A DNA stretch of 64,000 nucleotides from Mantamonas sphyraenae STR306. Lineage: Eukaryota; Protista; CRuMs. The stretch covers positions 248,001 through 312,000 of the forward strand of contig JAPMXV010000055.1 in assembly GCA_026936335.1 (NCBI GenBank), written 5' to 3'. The translations under genes were made by a program, and so were the position numbers. This document shows, one piece after another, positions 24,701-37,892 of this stretch (positions are counted from its first letter, which is position 1; the number at the start of each line of letters is the position of its first letter). A model generated the notes under the pieces. The model was not told the origin of the DNA. It made no database searches and saw only the letters and a list, made by a program, of their open reading frames with translations.

Positions 24701-27700
24701 ACAACCGCGGGCCAGCACGTTTCAAATACCCACGCAGCAGGAGCTCAGCATGGTGGTGACAACAATGCCCACAGCAACAGCACTGAGCCCCGGGGCATGG
24801 TCAAGAGTACGTCTGCACGATCAGACACAGAGTACACGGCGCCCGCGTATGCACGTCGAGGCAGGCGCAAGCGTTCCAACACGACTTCCATGTTTCCCAT
24901 TGCCGAGAATGGGTCGATGGCAATGCCGGCTGTATCAGACGATGACGGTATCAATACTCTGGTGCACCACAGCGAGGGCTCGGATCCCAGCCAGTCGCTG
25001 CGCACATCGCGTGGCATGTCGCGGTCGACTTCGCAGCGGTCGGATGCGACGGAGGATACGCTGATGGAACGACTGGGCATGCAGACTCTGGACTCGTTCC
25101 GGCTGGTGAACCATCCGGCGGTGCCTGCGCAGGGTGTGTTGCAGGTGGCTGCGTCGGCGTTGGCCGAGACCACCATGCAGACACACGCGGAACTGACCCA
25201 AGAGGCCATCCAAAGGTACACACACGAGTTTGTGCAGGTGTTGCGTGGGCATGGGATCAGCGAGAAAGCACCCATTGCCCAACAACTTGCCTGCGACAAG
25301 ACCTCGCTGCATCCCATCATCGTCAACAGCCGCAAAGAGCGTGCCATGCGCTCCAACATGGATGTACAGCGCCTTCAGCTGGGACTGCTGGTGTTTTACA
25401 TGTTTTGGGTCACTGTCAACACGGTGTACACGGGTCAGTACTTGTTCGCCCCCATTTCCGGCTGGTTCTACATCGGTTGGCTCAGTTTCTCCAACCAGAA
25501 GCTGATGGTGAACCATCCGCTTACCGTGCAGCTGCTGGTGTCGTCCATCCATGGCATCACCCTGCTCCTGTTTTGCGACTATGTGCAGGACTCCTTTGTC
25601 TCGCTGCACCACACCCTCATCTTCCTCCTCTTTGCCCAGTCGACTCACTTTGTCGGCGCCGTGCGTCTTCTGCCCTTCCTCCTGGCCTTCTACCTGGTGG
25701 CTGTGGTGTCATCCATGCGTGGCGCCCCACCTATTGTACTGGTACTTATCCCGACCGTGGCTGCCCTCATGCTGTCCCACAATTGGCACCAGCACAAGCG
25801 CTGGCGCATCAACTATCTGCTGTGGGGCGTGGGCATGGTGCTCAACACACACGTGCAACACTCGGTGAGACTCATCGATCGCCTTATGGCCTCGATCGTG
25901 CCTGGACCTCTGCACAACTACATGGGTGGCATTGTCTCCCACACAATGATCAAGGCCATGCACGCATGCACCCTCGAGCAACACCACACGGCAAACATGG
26001 TTGCCTTCCCAGAGACCTCTCCTCGCCACCGTTCCTACTTGCGTCTCTCACGTTCCCAGCCCTCGAGCGCAGGAAGTGCCATTGAGGGCGACATCCCTCC
26101 GTTTTCCCTTCAACAGGACAGCATGAGCAACAGCATGAGTAACAGCAGCAGCACAGCCAGCTTGATCACACCAACGGCGTCCGTTTCTGCTACCAGCAGC
26201 AGTGGAGGGGGAGGATCAGGCGCAGGAGGGAACAACACGGCGGCGAACAGCGAGACCAACGCAGGCAGTGCCTCATTCCAGGGACATACCACGCCCACAC
26301 GCACACGCCCGCCGTCGACAACGGCCACCATTCCCACGTCCCCTGTATCGGACTTGCAGCACGGTATGACGTTGACGTCAGAGAGCGGTACGGCTGCGGG
26401 CAGGGAATCGGCAAGCCCGCGGCGACTGCGCACGTCGTTGGGACTGATGTCTCCGCAACTGGGGCGCACGGACTCATCAGAATCGTTGTCTCGCGTGAGT
26501 GTGCCCACCGAGAGGGACCTGGACCTTGCGGACTATCGACACAAAATCAACACGGTGGTGAAGGATCGACGTTTGGATGGCGTAAGCCAACGCGATCCGA
26601 TTGCGGCCATGGATGGGATCAACACCACCTCGGGCGCACGTGACGAAGCTGTGATCACAGGCAAAGAGGATGCACGTCTGTGCATGTTCCGCGACGGCGT
26701 GGCCTTTATGCATGTGCAGATCTTGTGCCCGGCGAGCTTCACGCCCGATTTGCTGCCCACTGCCATGCGTCCGGGACCGAGAGATGCCGACGATCTGTCG
26801 CCTCGGCCTGGCAGCGACAGTGGCGTAGGCGCAGCCTCCCTCAGCAAGGATGACATTCCCACGCTGGAACAGCTGCACAGCGTACGCAAGGAACTCATTC
26901 GCCAGTCGTCGCAGGAGAAAGGCCGTTCCCTCAACGTTGCCCGCGGTCAGGATCAGAAGCATGTGGAGGAGGATGAAGAGGAGGGCGAAACGGACAGTGA
27001 GGAGGAGGCTGCGGTGGTGTCTGTTCCTGCACCACCGGCGCTGGTGGCAAGCAAGCCGTTGCCTACCCCAGCCAACCGCATCAACAACAGCCTGGTCTCC
27101 AAACCACCGCGTGCGCGCTCAACCATTGCAGATGCGCAAGACCGAAGAGGCAAACAGCAGCATGGCCGATCTGAGCGAATTGTTGGGGTTGGGCAGCGGC
27201 AACACCAGCAACGACGCGGAGGTTGACGACAGCACCGCCAATGCGACAACAACAGCAGCAGCAGCAGCAGACAACGAAACAAAGGACGAGGACAAAGTGG
27301 ATCATGTGGTGGATGCAAGCGGTGGCAAGGCAGCGGACAAAGGGCTTGGATTGGTGGCAACCGGATCCATGTCACCTCCACCTCAGCAGGAGAGCCGCCG
27401 TGGCTACAACGTCAAAGGCAGCAAGAGCCTAAACACATTGTATCCGGGTCGACGTCGCAAGTCACCCACGACACAGGGCGCTGCGTTTCCATCAACGTCA
27501 CTCACATCTGTTGCTTCCCTGAGTCGTTCCGGCACAGAGGATGGGGATGTCGCAGAGTACGAGGAACAGCCGGTGACCGTGGTTGTGGAGGAGCGAGCAC
27601 GCAAGTTGCACTCGCTCAAGGTGGATGTGTTGCACCTGCACGAGATCATGGCGCAGGCTCAGGAGGCGGTGGAGGCAGCGGGTGCTTATGTGCTCAAGGT

Positions 27701-28187
27701 ACGTGGCAGCTGCATGCTTGTGGGCTACGGTCTCTACGACGTGCGCAAGGCGCCCTGTCGCGACATGTTGGATCTGGCAGTGGAGCTGATGCAACTCATT
27801 CACGGCTCCCACGCTGTCGGACGCATTGCCCTGGGCTATGGCTGGGCCAAGGCCTTCATGGCCGGCTCAGTGCGTTGGCACCACGAGGTGATTGCTCCTG
27901 CGGTGGATCAGGTGCGTGAGCTGGTGGAGAACGAAGGCGTGGACGGCCACATTGTGGTCACCGCCGACGCGTACCACAACATGGACGTGGGCAAATCGAA
28001 AGTGTCGTCGCGTTCGCGTCGATTGAGTGCCTCGGGCTATGTCTCCCTAGCTCAGCTTCCGTTTGAGGAGGGCACCGAGTTGACACTGTGTGGGCGCAAG
28101 AACACACGCAGCTTCACCGGCAGCGTGCAAACTGTGGGTGAACACACGGTGGTGGGCCTTTCGCTGACCAATCTGCAAAAGGGTTGA
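21773..28187 (+). CDS. Membrane adenylate/guanylate cyclase-like protein (TM-C1-TM-C2) with degenerate catalytic motifs
   Basis: Two hydrophobic clusters (about 22190-22700 and 25370-25850). C1 has VASGQVLGAVIGNQALHYDLWGGPVNVA (class III consensus GVHTGPVVAGVIG...YDIWGDTVNVA). C2 has LKVRGSCML, GRIALGYG, HIVVTADAY. Frame break near 27135 joins ORFs 21608 and 26850. Start inferred. Confidence 0.7.
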
Positions 28188-28226
28188 TCAGATCGACGCA
28201 ATTCAATGAAAACTTGTCATGCATTG

Positions 28227-30727
28227 TCATTCATTGTCGTGTTGACTCGTCGTCGTCACATGGGTGTTGGACAGCCTCTTGCACGCGTAGACGCCGTCAA
28301 GGCGGAGGAGGCAAAGAAAGAGTGTGAGCGCAGCGTCCAGGGCGTTCATCTTGCAACTGAGCGAATCGAGGACATTGAAGGTGAGGGCGTGGTCGATAGA
28401 GTGCACCAAACCCATGGGCACGCCATGGATGACGAGAGGGGCCACCACAAGTGCCATGTCCGACTCTCCTTGACGGTGTGTCGAGGAGGGCCGTGAGCAC
28501 GTTCAGAGGACGAGTGCGCTTGTCACCCGCCGCCCTGGAGTGGGCCACGCAGCGGTAAAGCTGGAGAATGTAGTGTTGGAGGGCATGTGACAGCAAGCGC
28601 AAAGCGGCAGCGTGGTCCAGATCGCCGTTGACGACACAGGCGTGTGCATCCTGCTCCACAACCACCGCCATGCGTGCCTCTGCCGCTCCTCCACCAGGCA
28701 TCAGACAGACGTATCGTTGATCGATGGGATGGCGCAACCACGCGCCAATCTGACGGAAGCAGCGGCGTGAAGCGGCGCGGTAAGGGTCTCCGGAGGCTAG
28801 GTTGGGTGCACGCAGCTAACAGGGTGACATGGTGCTGGTACGCATCAAGGTGGGGTTGGAAACGTGCAGCGGGCACACGGTGGCTGGGATGCGCTTGGAT
28901 GTGCAGAAAGAGACGGTCGTGGAGCCTCAGTTGTTGCACTCTGGATGCGGCTGCAAGAGGCACTGTATACAGGTGGGTAAGGGTGTCCACGCGAGAGATG
29001 CAAGTGGAGCCTAATTGCACACAAAGAGCATCCATGTCCTCGTCAGGAACAAACTGGCAGGCCAGGATGCCGTGCTGGACACACAGCTGTCGCGCGTAGT
29101 CTCCGATTGCTTGAGTGGTCAGCACACAGCGGACGCCACGTGCACGTAGAATGGCAACGATGCGATCCAGACGTTTGTGTTGGTAGTCCACCAGTTTGGT
29201 GTACGAGGAAGCGGCGGCGGCGGAGGAAGAGGAGGATGAGGAGGAGGAAGGTGGAGTTAAGCTCCATGCGCACACTGTCTCCCTCGTCGATACCGCTTGT
29301 CCATTCCAGCTCCAAACGACACGTGAACAGGGCCATGCGTGCATTGTGCAGCTGAGTGGGCATGTGTTTGCTCAGAACAGGTCGTTCGCAGAGCCAGCCC
29401 TCCAACACTTGCGAGCGATCGAGCGGTGCACCAGGCACAAGCACCACTGCTTCGTCTCGCTCCAACGGTGTCAAGCACTGCGCCAAACTCAACGAACCGT
29501 GCGATTTGTCCACTGTGCGTCCAATGGCATCGCTCATGATGTCCACCAAGAACCCGCACACATTCTCTGCAAACTTGCCAGCAAGATTGCTCCTCAGCAG
29601 ATGACGAAGCAACGACAGGTGTTGGTGCCGAGGCGAATCCTCCTCGTTGGACGACGTAGACTTGGATGATGACGACGATGCTGATGCTGTGTGTGCAAGG
29701 TCTGCCAGCAGTGCTTGCACACTGCGGTTGTCTCGTTCCAGGGTCTGTGCATCTTTACACCACGCCTGGCAGCATGCAAGCATGTACTGCATCGCTTGCG
29801 TGTCTTCTGCGTGTTCCTCTGTGCACAGCGTGTGCATAGAGCGTGCAACGCGATACAAAGCCTTTACGTTTGGCTTGCCCAGGGCCTTTTGCATTTGCAT
29901 GGCTTCCCACGCAGCCACAAATGCGTCCCGTGGGCGTTGTAGAGCCAAAAGACACGCACTGGCATTGTTCCAACACGTGGCCATCAGCTCATTCGACTCT
30001 GGCGCCTCCCCGGCGTGGTCTGCAGCGGCCAAGGTGGCAATGCTGTCCAGATAGGCATCCACAGCCTCCTCATATTGCTTCATCTTAAATAAATTGTTGC
30101 CTCGCAACTTGTGCTTGGCTGCATCGTCTCGTGTGCTTTCCACAGAGGCGTCGAAACGTTGCTCGAGCGCATCCCAAAGCGTCCGGTTCTTGCCAGCAAT
30201 CCACGACGCTGTGGGTGCGTCTTGGTGCAAATCCACCGTCAATTCCATTGAATGAGACACATCTAGCATCTGTGGGAGCAGCTGGTTGGGCAGGTACTCG
30301 TCAAGCAGCCACTGGACGGCTGTGGGACGCAGGGGCTCGTCGCCTTCCGCTGCTGCTTGCACCATTGCGCACACAAGGATGCACACGGCCGAACATCCAT
30401 CGCCCATGGCTTTGAACTGGCCTTGCATGGAGTCTTGGAGCAGTTTGGCCACAGGGTGGCGCACTTGCAGGGCCTGAACCACTCGTTGTGCGTCGCTGGT
30501 GATGATGGCTTGGTTGTCGGGAGTCACAATCATGGCGTCACTGCCTGTGGAAAGAAAGCAGAATGCAAATGCACACAGGGGTCAGAACACATCGTGCAAG
30601 CGAGGATGGGGGTGCGCAAAATGCCAGACGTCGGGAACTCACTTCTCGGGCCGAAACAGGGGAGGACACATTGCTGCACTGCATCCAACACCTTGCGGAA
30701 TTCCCGCATGCCGAGCGTGGACGTCAT
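28227..30727 (-). CDS. BBS10: BBS10-like group II chaperonin-like protein with internal TPR domain
   Basis: CFGPR, HPVAKLL, GDGCSA, VPGAPLDRSQVLEG, ARGVRCVLT, MPGGGAAE, VLDSLSCK...LLRLD. Intron 30545-30642; frame breaks near 29249, 28816 and 28478. Subfamily (BBS10 versus MKKS/BBS12) judged from remembered similarity only. Confidence 0.68.
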
Positions 30728-30819
30728 GCTCAGCGCAGCGTGCAATGCAATTTTGAAAAGCGAGGGGTTTTTGTTGTGCGTGGCTTTTTGGTGGGTGTGA
30801 ACGCGCTAGGGAATTGCCT

Positions 30820-32229
30820 TCAGGAGCTACTGCTGCTGCTGCCCCCCTGTTCATCTTGCTCGTCCTTGTCAAAGTCCCACAGCTTGAGGTAGGCCGCAAA
30901 GAGCTGAAACTCGCGGCGATTGAGCGCCCCGCGCTGGTAGTTGTCACAGTCGCGTGCAAAGTTCTTCTTGTCGGCCACGCTATTTTCAAAGTTGTCGATA
31001 AACTGCTTGTGGGCCTCTTCGTTGATTTGGCTGTCGTAGCCACCGTTCTCGTTCTTGAACGCACTTTCAGCGCTGCGCAGCTTCTTGTCCAGCCAGCTCT
31101 CCAGGTAGCCGTCGATGGAGCTGATCTTGACCAAGCCATCGCTGCCTGCCAAATCACCAAACTTTTCCTGCACCACCTCGTTCTGGCTTTTGGTCACCTC
31201 GTCAACGCGGTAGATGCCAGCCCGGGTGTCCTCCACAACGACGTCGTAGGTGCCGTTGGGCTCCAGGCTGCGCCACGACACCTTGTGGTCCACAAACGGG
31301 ATTGTGCTCTCGTTGCCCTTGAGGGCAACAGCGCGCAGGTAGATGCCCGGCGTGAGCTCGGGAAGACGATCGTCCAACCAAGACAGGCTGCTTTGGTCGT
31401 CCTCGCCATTCACACGCTCCTCCACTGTCTTGTTGATCTCTGGATTGGTCAACTTGACCGAGAACACACTGTGTGTGGTTGTGTGTGTCAGCTGCGGCCG
31501 CGAGAGTGTGCTTTTGTCACTTTGCGCGCGTTGTGCTTTCCGCCCTTGCTCTCGCAAGCCTGTGCGCTGCCTGGCAAGCTGTGCGGCCTCGCTCGATGCA
31601 CCATGCGTCTGCCCTGCAACTTACTGCGATGCACGCCACTGATCCAGAACCTGGCGCAACTGCTTGAGCGCCTCGCCCTCGGTAAAGTCTGCGCCGACCT
31701 CCTTCAGCACAGAGCGCGCCTCGTCCTCGATGACGCTGAAGTAGGTGGCCACGTATTCGTCGATGGTCTGTGCACTCAGGGGCTGCTGGACATACTTCTG
31801 AACCTCGGCGGCACTGGGGTGGTCCACCACGGTGTGGCGGGGCTGTGTGAGTGCGCGCCAAAAGCGTGGGCAGTCGTCTCAGGTGGAAACTTACCTCTTT
31901 TCCGCGTAGTAGTCGCGCACCTTGTTGCTGAGCACCTCCAGGGCCTGCGAATACGAGATACCGTCTTCTCGGTTCACCTTGGCAAACACCGCCTTCTTTT
32001 CCTCCAGGGGCAGCACGGTGAACATGCTCTCGGCCAGCTCGCTCACGCGCTCGGCACTCAGGGGCTCGGGTCGAATGCTGCTCATAGGAGAGGGCGAAGG
32101 GATGCCCGTTGAAGTGGAGGAGCTGCTGCTGCCGCTGCTGCTGCTGCTTGCGTTTCCGCCCTTGTTTGGCGTCGACGTCGTCGATTCCTGCCTGCTGGAG
32201 TTCAGCGAGGTGTTTTCGTTGTCCGACAT
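30820..32229 (-). CDS. Uncharacterised acidic protein with EF-hand-like motifs (3 exons)
   Basis: Exons correspond to ORFs 31891.., 31621.. and 30820.., separated by GTAAGT...CACAG introns. C-terminal DNYQRGALNRREF fits an EF-hand loop; FGDLAGSDGLV and FAKVNREDGISY are degenerate EF-like segments. Confidence 0.6.
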
Positions 32230-32442
32230 GGCTTGTGTGTGTCTTGATCCTGTGTGACGAGTGTTCCCTGTGCGACTAGATACTGTCTGCTCTCTCGTTT
32301 GTGTGTTTGTGTGTGTGTGTTTGTGTGCGCCTCTGTAGGTTTGCTCCAATTTCGAGGTGGAAAGTCCTGACAAGCGACGCTGTTCTTCGGTGTTGAGTTG
32401 GCGCGAGGCGCGTGTGCTGCCAACATCGGCGACCCAGTCATC

Positions 32443-35400
32443 ATGAGTCATCGTGTCAAGAAACAAGGCTCTGCGCGCAAGTCGTTGGGCAAAGGCGGAC
32501 TCGCGTCGCCGTCTTCCAAGAGCAGCTTGGTGCGTCTGTGCGCAGGAGGCGGATTTCCTCGGGCGTTTTTGGCGCCAAGGCACACGGAGCTGACACGCGC
32601 CTCTCCACACGCACACGTTTGCAGATCCGTCTGGAGAGAGTGATTGGCAACACCGTGAGCAGTGGCAACATGCTTGCCATTCACCCAGGTACGGGCGAAT
32701 TGGCCTACCCGGCCGGTTGCACTGTGGTCATTTTCCATCCCAAGAAGAACAAGCAGACGCGCTTCTTGCGCCTGCGGAATGCCATCAGCTGCCTTGCATT
32801 TTCGGCAGATGGCAAGAAACTAGCTGTGGGCGAGGTGAGTGCTGTGTGTGTGTTGCTGCGTCGTGTGGGTCGCAGTGTTTTTGACAGCCGCGTAGAGATG
32901 CAAAGCGCAAAGAGCGCGCTCGGTTGGCTGACACACTCCCCGTCACGTGCGTGCGTGCACGACCTGTGCGGTGTGCGACTGACCTGCACACACGGCTTCC
33001 TGCAATGCCCTGTGCATCTGCTTCCAGAACGCCCCAAAGGCGTCCATCCGTGTGTACAACACAGACACATGGAAGGTGGAGCAGACACTGGAACGGCATC
33101 GGTTCGGCGTTTCCTGCCTTGCCTTTTCGCCCAACGGCAAACTGCTGGTCAGTGTGGGTGTGCAGCATGACGGCTTCTTGTATGTGTGGAGCCTGCGCAA
33201 CGGCTCCATGGTGGCATGCAACAAGATTGCCACGCGCGTGCACTCGGTGGCCTACAACGAAGGCGGCTCCTTCTTTGTCACCTCGGGCTACCGTCACGTC
33301 AAGTTTTGGGCATTGGACGAGCGTGGCAATGTGCCCAAGTCCTCCAAGGTGTTCTCTGCCGATAGCAACGCTGTGTTGTTGGAGGGCAAGAGCGCCATTC
33401 TCGGCAACTACCGCGACAACACGTTTGTGCAGGTGGCCTGCGGAGTGGGTGAGTGTGCAGACGCCACGTTTGCCATCACCTCCCAGGGACTCCTGTGCTC
33501 CTTTGGTTCCAATCGCTACATGGAAAAGTGGGTCAACTTGAAGGTGGGGCGTGCGTTTTCCTTCTTTGTCACCGCCGACAAGGTGTGCTGCGCCTGTGCG
33601 GACGGCGTCACGCGTGTGTTCCAACCAGACACCCTCAAGTACTTGGCCACACTGCCGCGTCCGCCTCCGCTCGGCATGGACGTGCCCGAGGCGTCGGCAC
33701 TGATTGCCAACGGGGGCAAGAGCGGCGCCTCGAAGGAGGAGAAGGCCAAATTCCGCTACGCCGACGGCATTGCCTGTGTCGTCGAGCCGGCCACCAACAA
33801 GATCACAGTGGTGTACTCGGACCGCTCGCTGTTTGTGTGGGATTACCAGAAGCCGAAAAAGGTGGGCAAATGGCGCTCGCTCAGCGCCCACAGCGCATGC
33901 ATCTGGGACCTGCAGATGCTGCCCAGTGGTGCCGTCGACCAAGAGCTGTATCCGGAGGGCACGTTTGTCACCTGCTCCTCGGACAACACTGTTCGTTTCT
34001 GGAACTGGATCCGCCTGCGTCGAACGAGAGCTCATCGTCATCGTCGTCGACGGCGTCGTCCAAATCCACCAAGAACCTCCTGGACAAGAGTCTTTTGCGC
34101 ATGCTGTACCTGGGAGACGAAGAGTACACGGCGATGAGGGCACCTGCGGAGAACGAAGGGGTTGGAGCTGTGGCACAGCAGAACAGCAAGTCTGGCATTC
34201 GATGCGTGTGTGTGTCGCCGGACGGCAGTGATATCGCCATTGGCGACCGTGTGGGCAACCTGCGCGTGCACAGTCTGGACTCGATGAAGCAAGTGGGCTA
34301 CCACGAGGCGCACGAGTTTGAAATCCTCACCATGGACTACAGCATGCCGTTGGGCAGCGACCGGCCGCTGCTGGCGACAGCGTCGCGCGACGAATTCATC
34401 CACGTGTTTGATGCCAGCGACGGCTACAAACCGCTGGAGTCGCTGCAAGATCACCGCAAGTCGATTACGGCGGTGAAGTTTGCGGTGAACGGGACGAAGC
34501 TGATCAGTTGCGGGGCGGACAAGAACATTGTGTTCCGCACAGTGGCGCAGGAGCAGGATGAGGAGGATTCGGCAGAGACGGTGCTGCGTGTGGAGACGTA
34601 CCACACGTGTACGGTGCCATACGGCACGCTGTACGACATGGACGTGGACGTGACCAACAAGTATGTGGTGACAGCGGGCCAGGACAAGCGGCTGAACATC
34701 CACAACATTCGCACGGGCAAATCGTCCAAAACATACCAGGATGCGAACGCCGGGGATACCATCAAGGTGCGCCTGGATCCCTCGGGCATGTACGCGGCCA
34801 CGAGTTCGTCGGACAAGAAGATTCGCCTGTATGACTTTTTCTCGGGCGAGCGCATTGCCGTGTGTGGCGGCCACAGTGAACTGGTGACGAATGTGCAGTT
34901 TACTCCCGACTGCAAGCGGCTCATCTCTGTGTCCGGCGACGGATGCATTTTCACGTGGCACATCCACGAATCGCTGACGCGAGCGATGCAGGAACGCAAG
35001 GAAGAGCTGATTTCGGCAGCGTTGTTTGTGGCTACGACGCCAACAGCCAAGGCAGGCGTGCCGCAGAGTGCGTTTGACCGCATCCTGCCGCGCATGACAC
35101 CCGAAGACGCAAACGAGGCGTCGGCGGCGGGTGGTGGCAACGAGAGCGCGAGCGACCTGCGCAAGGACTTGTTTGGTGCAGGTGATGCCAAGAAGGAGGA
35201 CAAGGAGGCCGGCGGCAGCGGCAGCGGCGAGGAGGGTGCCCTTCGTGCAAAGTGGTCGGACAACGTGCCGGAGATGTCTGTGGAGCTGTCGATGGAAGTG
35301 GAGGCCGACAACCTGGACCAGCGAGAGCGCGCAGGCGGTCTGCTGAACAGTCTGCTGAAGTTCCCGCAAAGCAATCTGCCACGATGGGCCAAGATCGACA

Positions 35401-36490
35401 CGGAGCTGGACACAAGCAACATTGTGTTGTTGGACGATGGAGACGAAGACAACTCCGGAGGCGGGGGCGCAGGGGAAGGCGACGAGGAGAGTGACGGGGC
35501 CATCTCAGCGCGTGGCAAGTGGGCCAAGAACCCGGCGCGTGCGTTCTCGCTGTTTTCGGACGTGGACGAGGACAACCAGCTGATTGTGAACCTGGAGGAA
35601 GAGGAGAAGCGGCGATTGACCGCAGAGCCGGAAACGCTGCGCAAACAGCTCGCAAATGCGTCGCGTGTGGAGGGCAAGGGCAAAGAGAAGGGTGAGCCAA
35701 AGAAGGACGGTGGTGGTCAGGCGGGCGACGAGGATGGATCGGATACGGCACGCTCGTTGACGTCATCTGTGGCAAAGCCAAACCTTGCGCGCAAGAGCAT
35801 CATGCATCTGGACCTGATGGACGACGACAGCGAGGGGGACGAGGAAGAGGATGGGAAGGGTGGGCAGAAGAAGAAGAACAAGGAGGAGGACGCAGGGGCA
35901 AAGGCACAGACGCCAAAGAACCAACGTGTGGTGATCCCAGAGCTGAACCTTCACGGAGAGGACGAGGATGAAGAGGGAAGCAGCGGAAAGAGCAAGAGCC
36001 AAGTGCCATCGCCTGCGTTTGGACGAGGGGACTCGAGCAGTCTGATTTCTGTGGACACGGCACGCAGCAACGCCGACGAGATGGCCAGCACGATTGAAGC
36101 TGAACAAGACGACGTGCAAATGTTGATGTCGGACGACGAGGAGGACAAGGAGAGTAGCAAGGGAAAGGGAAAGGGCAAGGACAAGGGCGCAGAGGGCGGG
36201 AGCCACGCTGGGGCGATGTTGGTGGACGATGCGGAGGATGACGACGATGATGATGAAGAGGAGGACACAGAGCCGGCTGTGTCTCAGTCGGAAGACGACG
36301 ACGAGACGACAGAGGAGGACGAAATCGTGTACATGGAAGCAACTCCCGAGGACGACGACGCTGGCAAAAGCCCCAACAAGGAGAGCAAGGATGGAGAAAG
36401 CAACAGCAAGGGAGCCGGAAAGGACAGTAGCAGTGGCAATGGCAGTGTGGAAGCGAATGACAAGGACAGCGAGAACACCGGCGGCGAAGG

Positions 36491-36543
<53 letters not shown>

Positions 36544-37874
36544 GCGAGGGTGGTGTGAGCAAGGAGGAGAACAAGGGCTTCGAGGTCACCCAAAAAGACC
36601 CGAAACAGAGTGCTATGGAGGCGGAAGAAGTGTCCGAGGTGTCTGAAGTGCCAGAGGAATCTGTGGACGAGCCGCAGTGGACGGAGAAACCCGACTTTTT
36701 GACGAGCGCGTACGAATCCCTGGCCGACGCAGAGGCTGAGGACAACACAAGTGTGCGTGCGAGCATTTCGTCATTCATCAAACGCAAGCCACAGGCCAGC
36801 CCGTCGCAGGCCAGCAAGGCCATCGCAGCTGGCGAGGGAGTTCCAGAAGCCGACGAATCCAACACGGCGACAGAGGCCGGGAAGGACAAAGAAGGCACAG
36901 AGAAGACGAGCGGTGTGAGCCCCGCGCAGCAGCCGAAAGTGCGTGAAGGTCGCAGCAAGTGGAGCATGCGAAGCAAGCGGTCGAGCGAGCAAGAGGATGC
37001 CAAACGCAAGAAGCGGCAGGAGCAACTGGCAGCGGAGGTGGCCAAGACGCGTGAACGACTGAACCGACTGGGGATGTCGATCATGGGCAGGCGTCGCAAC
37101 AAAGCCAGTGGCAGCGTGAGCACACCCACGGCCAAAGCCAGCGAAAGCCCCGTGGCAAGTCCCGTGGCCGCCAAGACGCCGTCCGATGCAGGAAAACCGC
37201 AGGAGAAGACACCAACGGGTGAGAAGACACCTGGAAAGACACCTGGGAAGAAGACACCCGGGAAGACACCTGGGAAGACACCGGCAGAGGACAAAGACGG
37301 GGCGACGCCCGTGCGGTCGGTGTCTCCAAACACGTCGATTGACACTGAGGATGAGGTGGAAATCACCATTCTGGGGGAAAGCATGCAGGTGTCGCGCACC
37401 GCGTTGGTGGAGATTGAGAAACCCGATGTGAGTCAGCTGCCGGAAGACTCTGCAATCAAAAAGGCCCTGGAGGCCAAGGAGAAGCAGGAGGCAGGAGGAA
37501 ACCAAGGTGAAAAGGAGGAAGGAGCGCAGAAATCTGACTTGGAGGAGACCAAGACGTCGTCAACGCCGCCAAAGCAGGGAGGTGCGAATGTGGCAGCAAC
37601 GCCGGGAAAGGGCGATCCGCTGAACACGACAAACCCATTCGACATGTCGGACCTGGAGGCACACGTGCAACAGCTGAAGAGTATGTTTGACGCCACCATG
37701 ACTCTGTTTGACAATGCACCGCAAAGCGACATGCGTGTGCAGCAACTGCGCGAGGAGACACAGGCTCACCTCAGCAAGGGCATGCAACTGAACGACAGCA
37801 CCCAGAGTGATTTGCTGGAAAAGTATTCCGACATGTTGGTGGCCATGGTGGGAGCCAAAATGCAGACCATGTGA
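32443..37874 (+). CDS. MAPKBP1/WDR62-family WD40 protein
   Basis: IRLERVIG, LAYPAGCTVV, HVKFW, HSACIWD, TCSSDNTVRFW, GTLYDMDVD, GHSELVT, LISVSGDGCIFTW, and the conserved C-terminal LLEKYSDML. Introns at about 32530-32624 and 32835-33028; frame break at 34005. Confidence 0.9.
36493..36542 (+). repeat. (AGC)n trinucleotide repeat encoding poly-Ser in the WD40 protein
   Basis: Directly visible; similar tracts near 24106-24172 and 46430-46468. Confidence 0.9.
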
Positions 37875-37892
37875 GCAGAGCGTCGTGGTCTT

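Noticed and set aside
28227-30727. BBS10-like gene as a pseudogene (three frame breaks)
   Set aside because: The same type of break occurs in clearly conserved genes across the window, and I saw no nonsense codons in the corrected frames.
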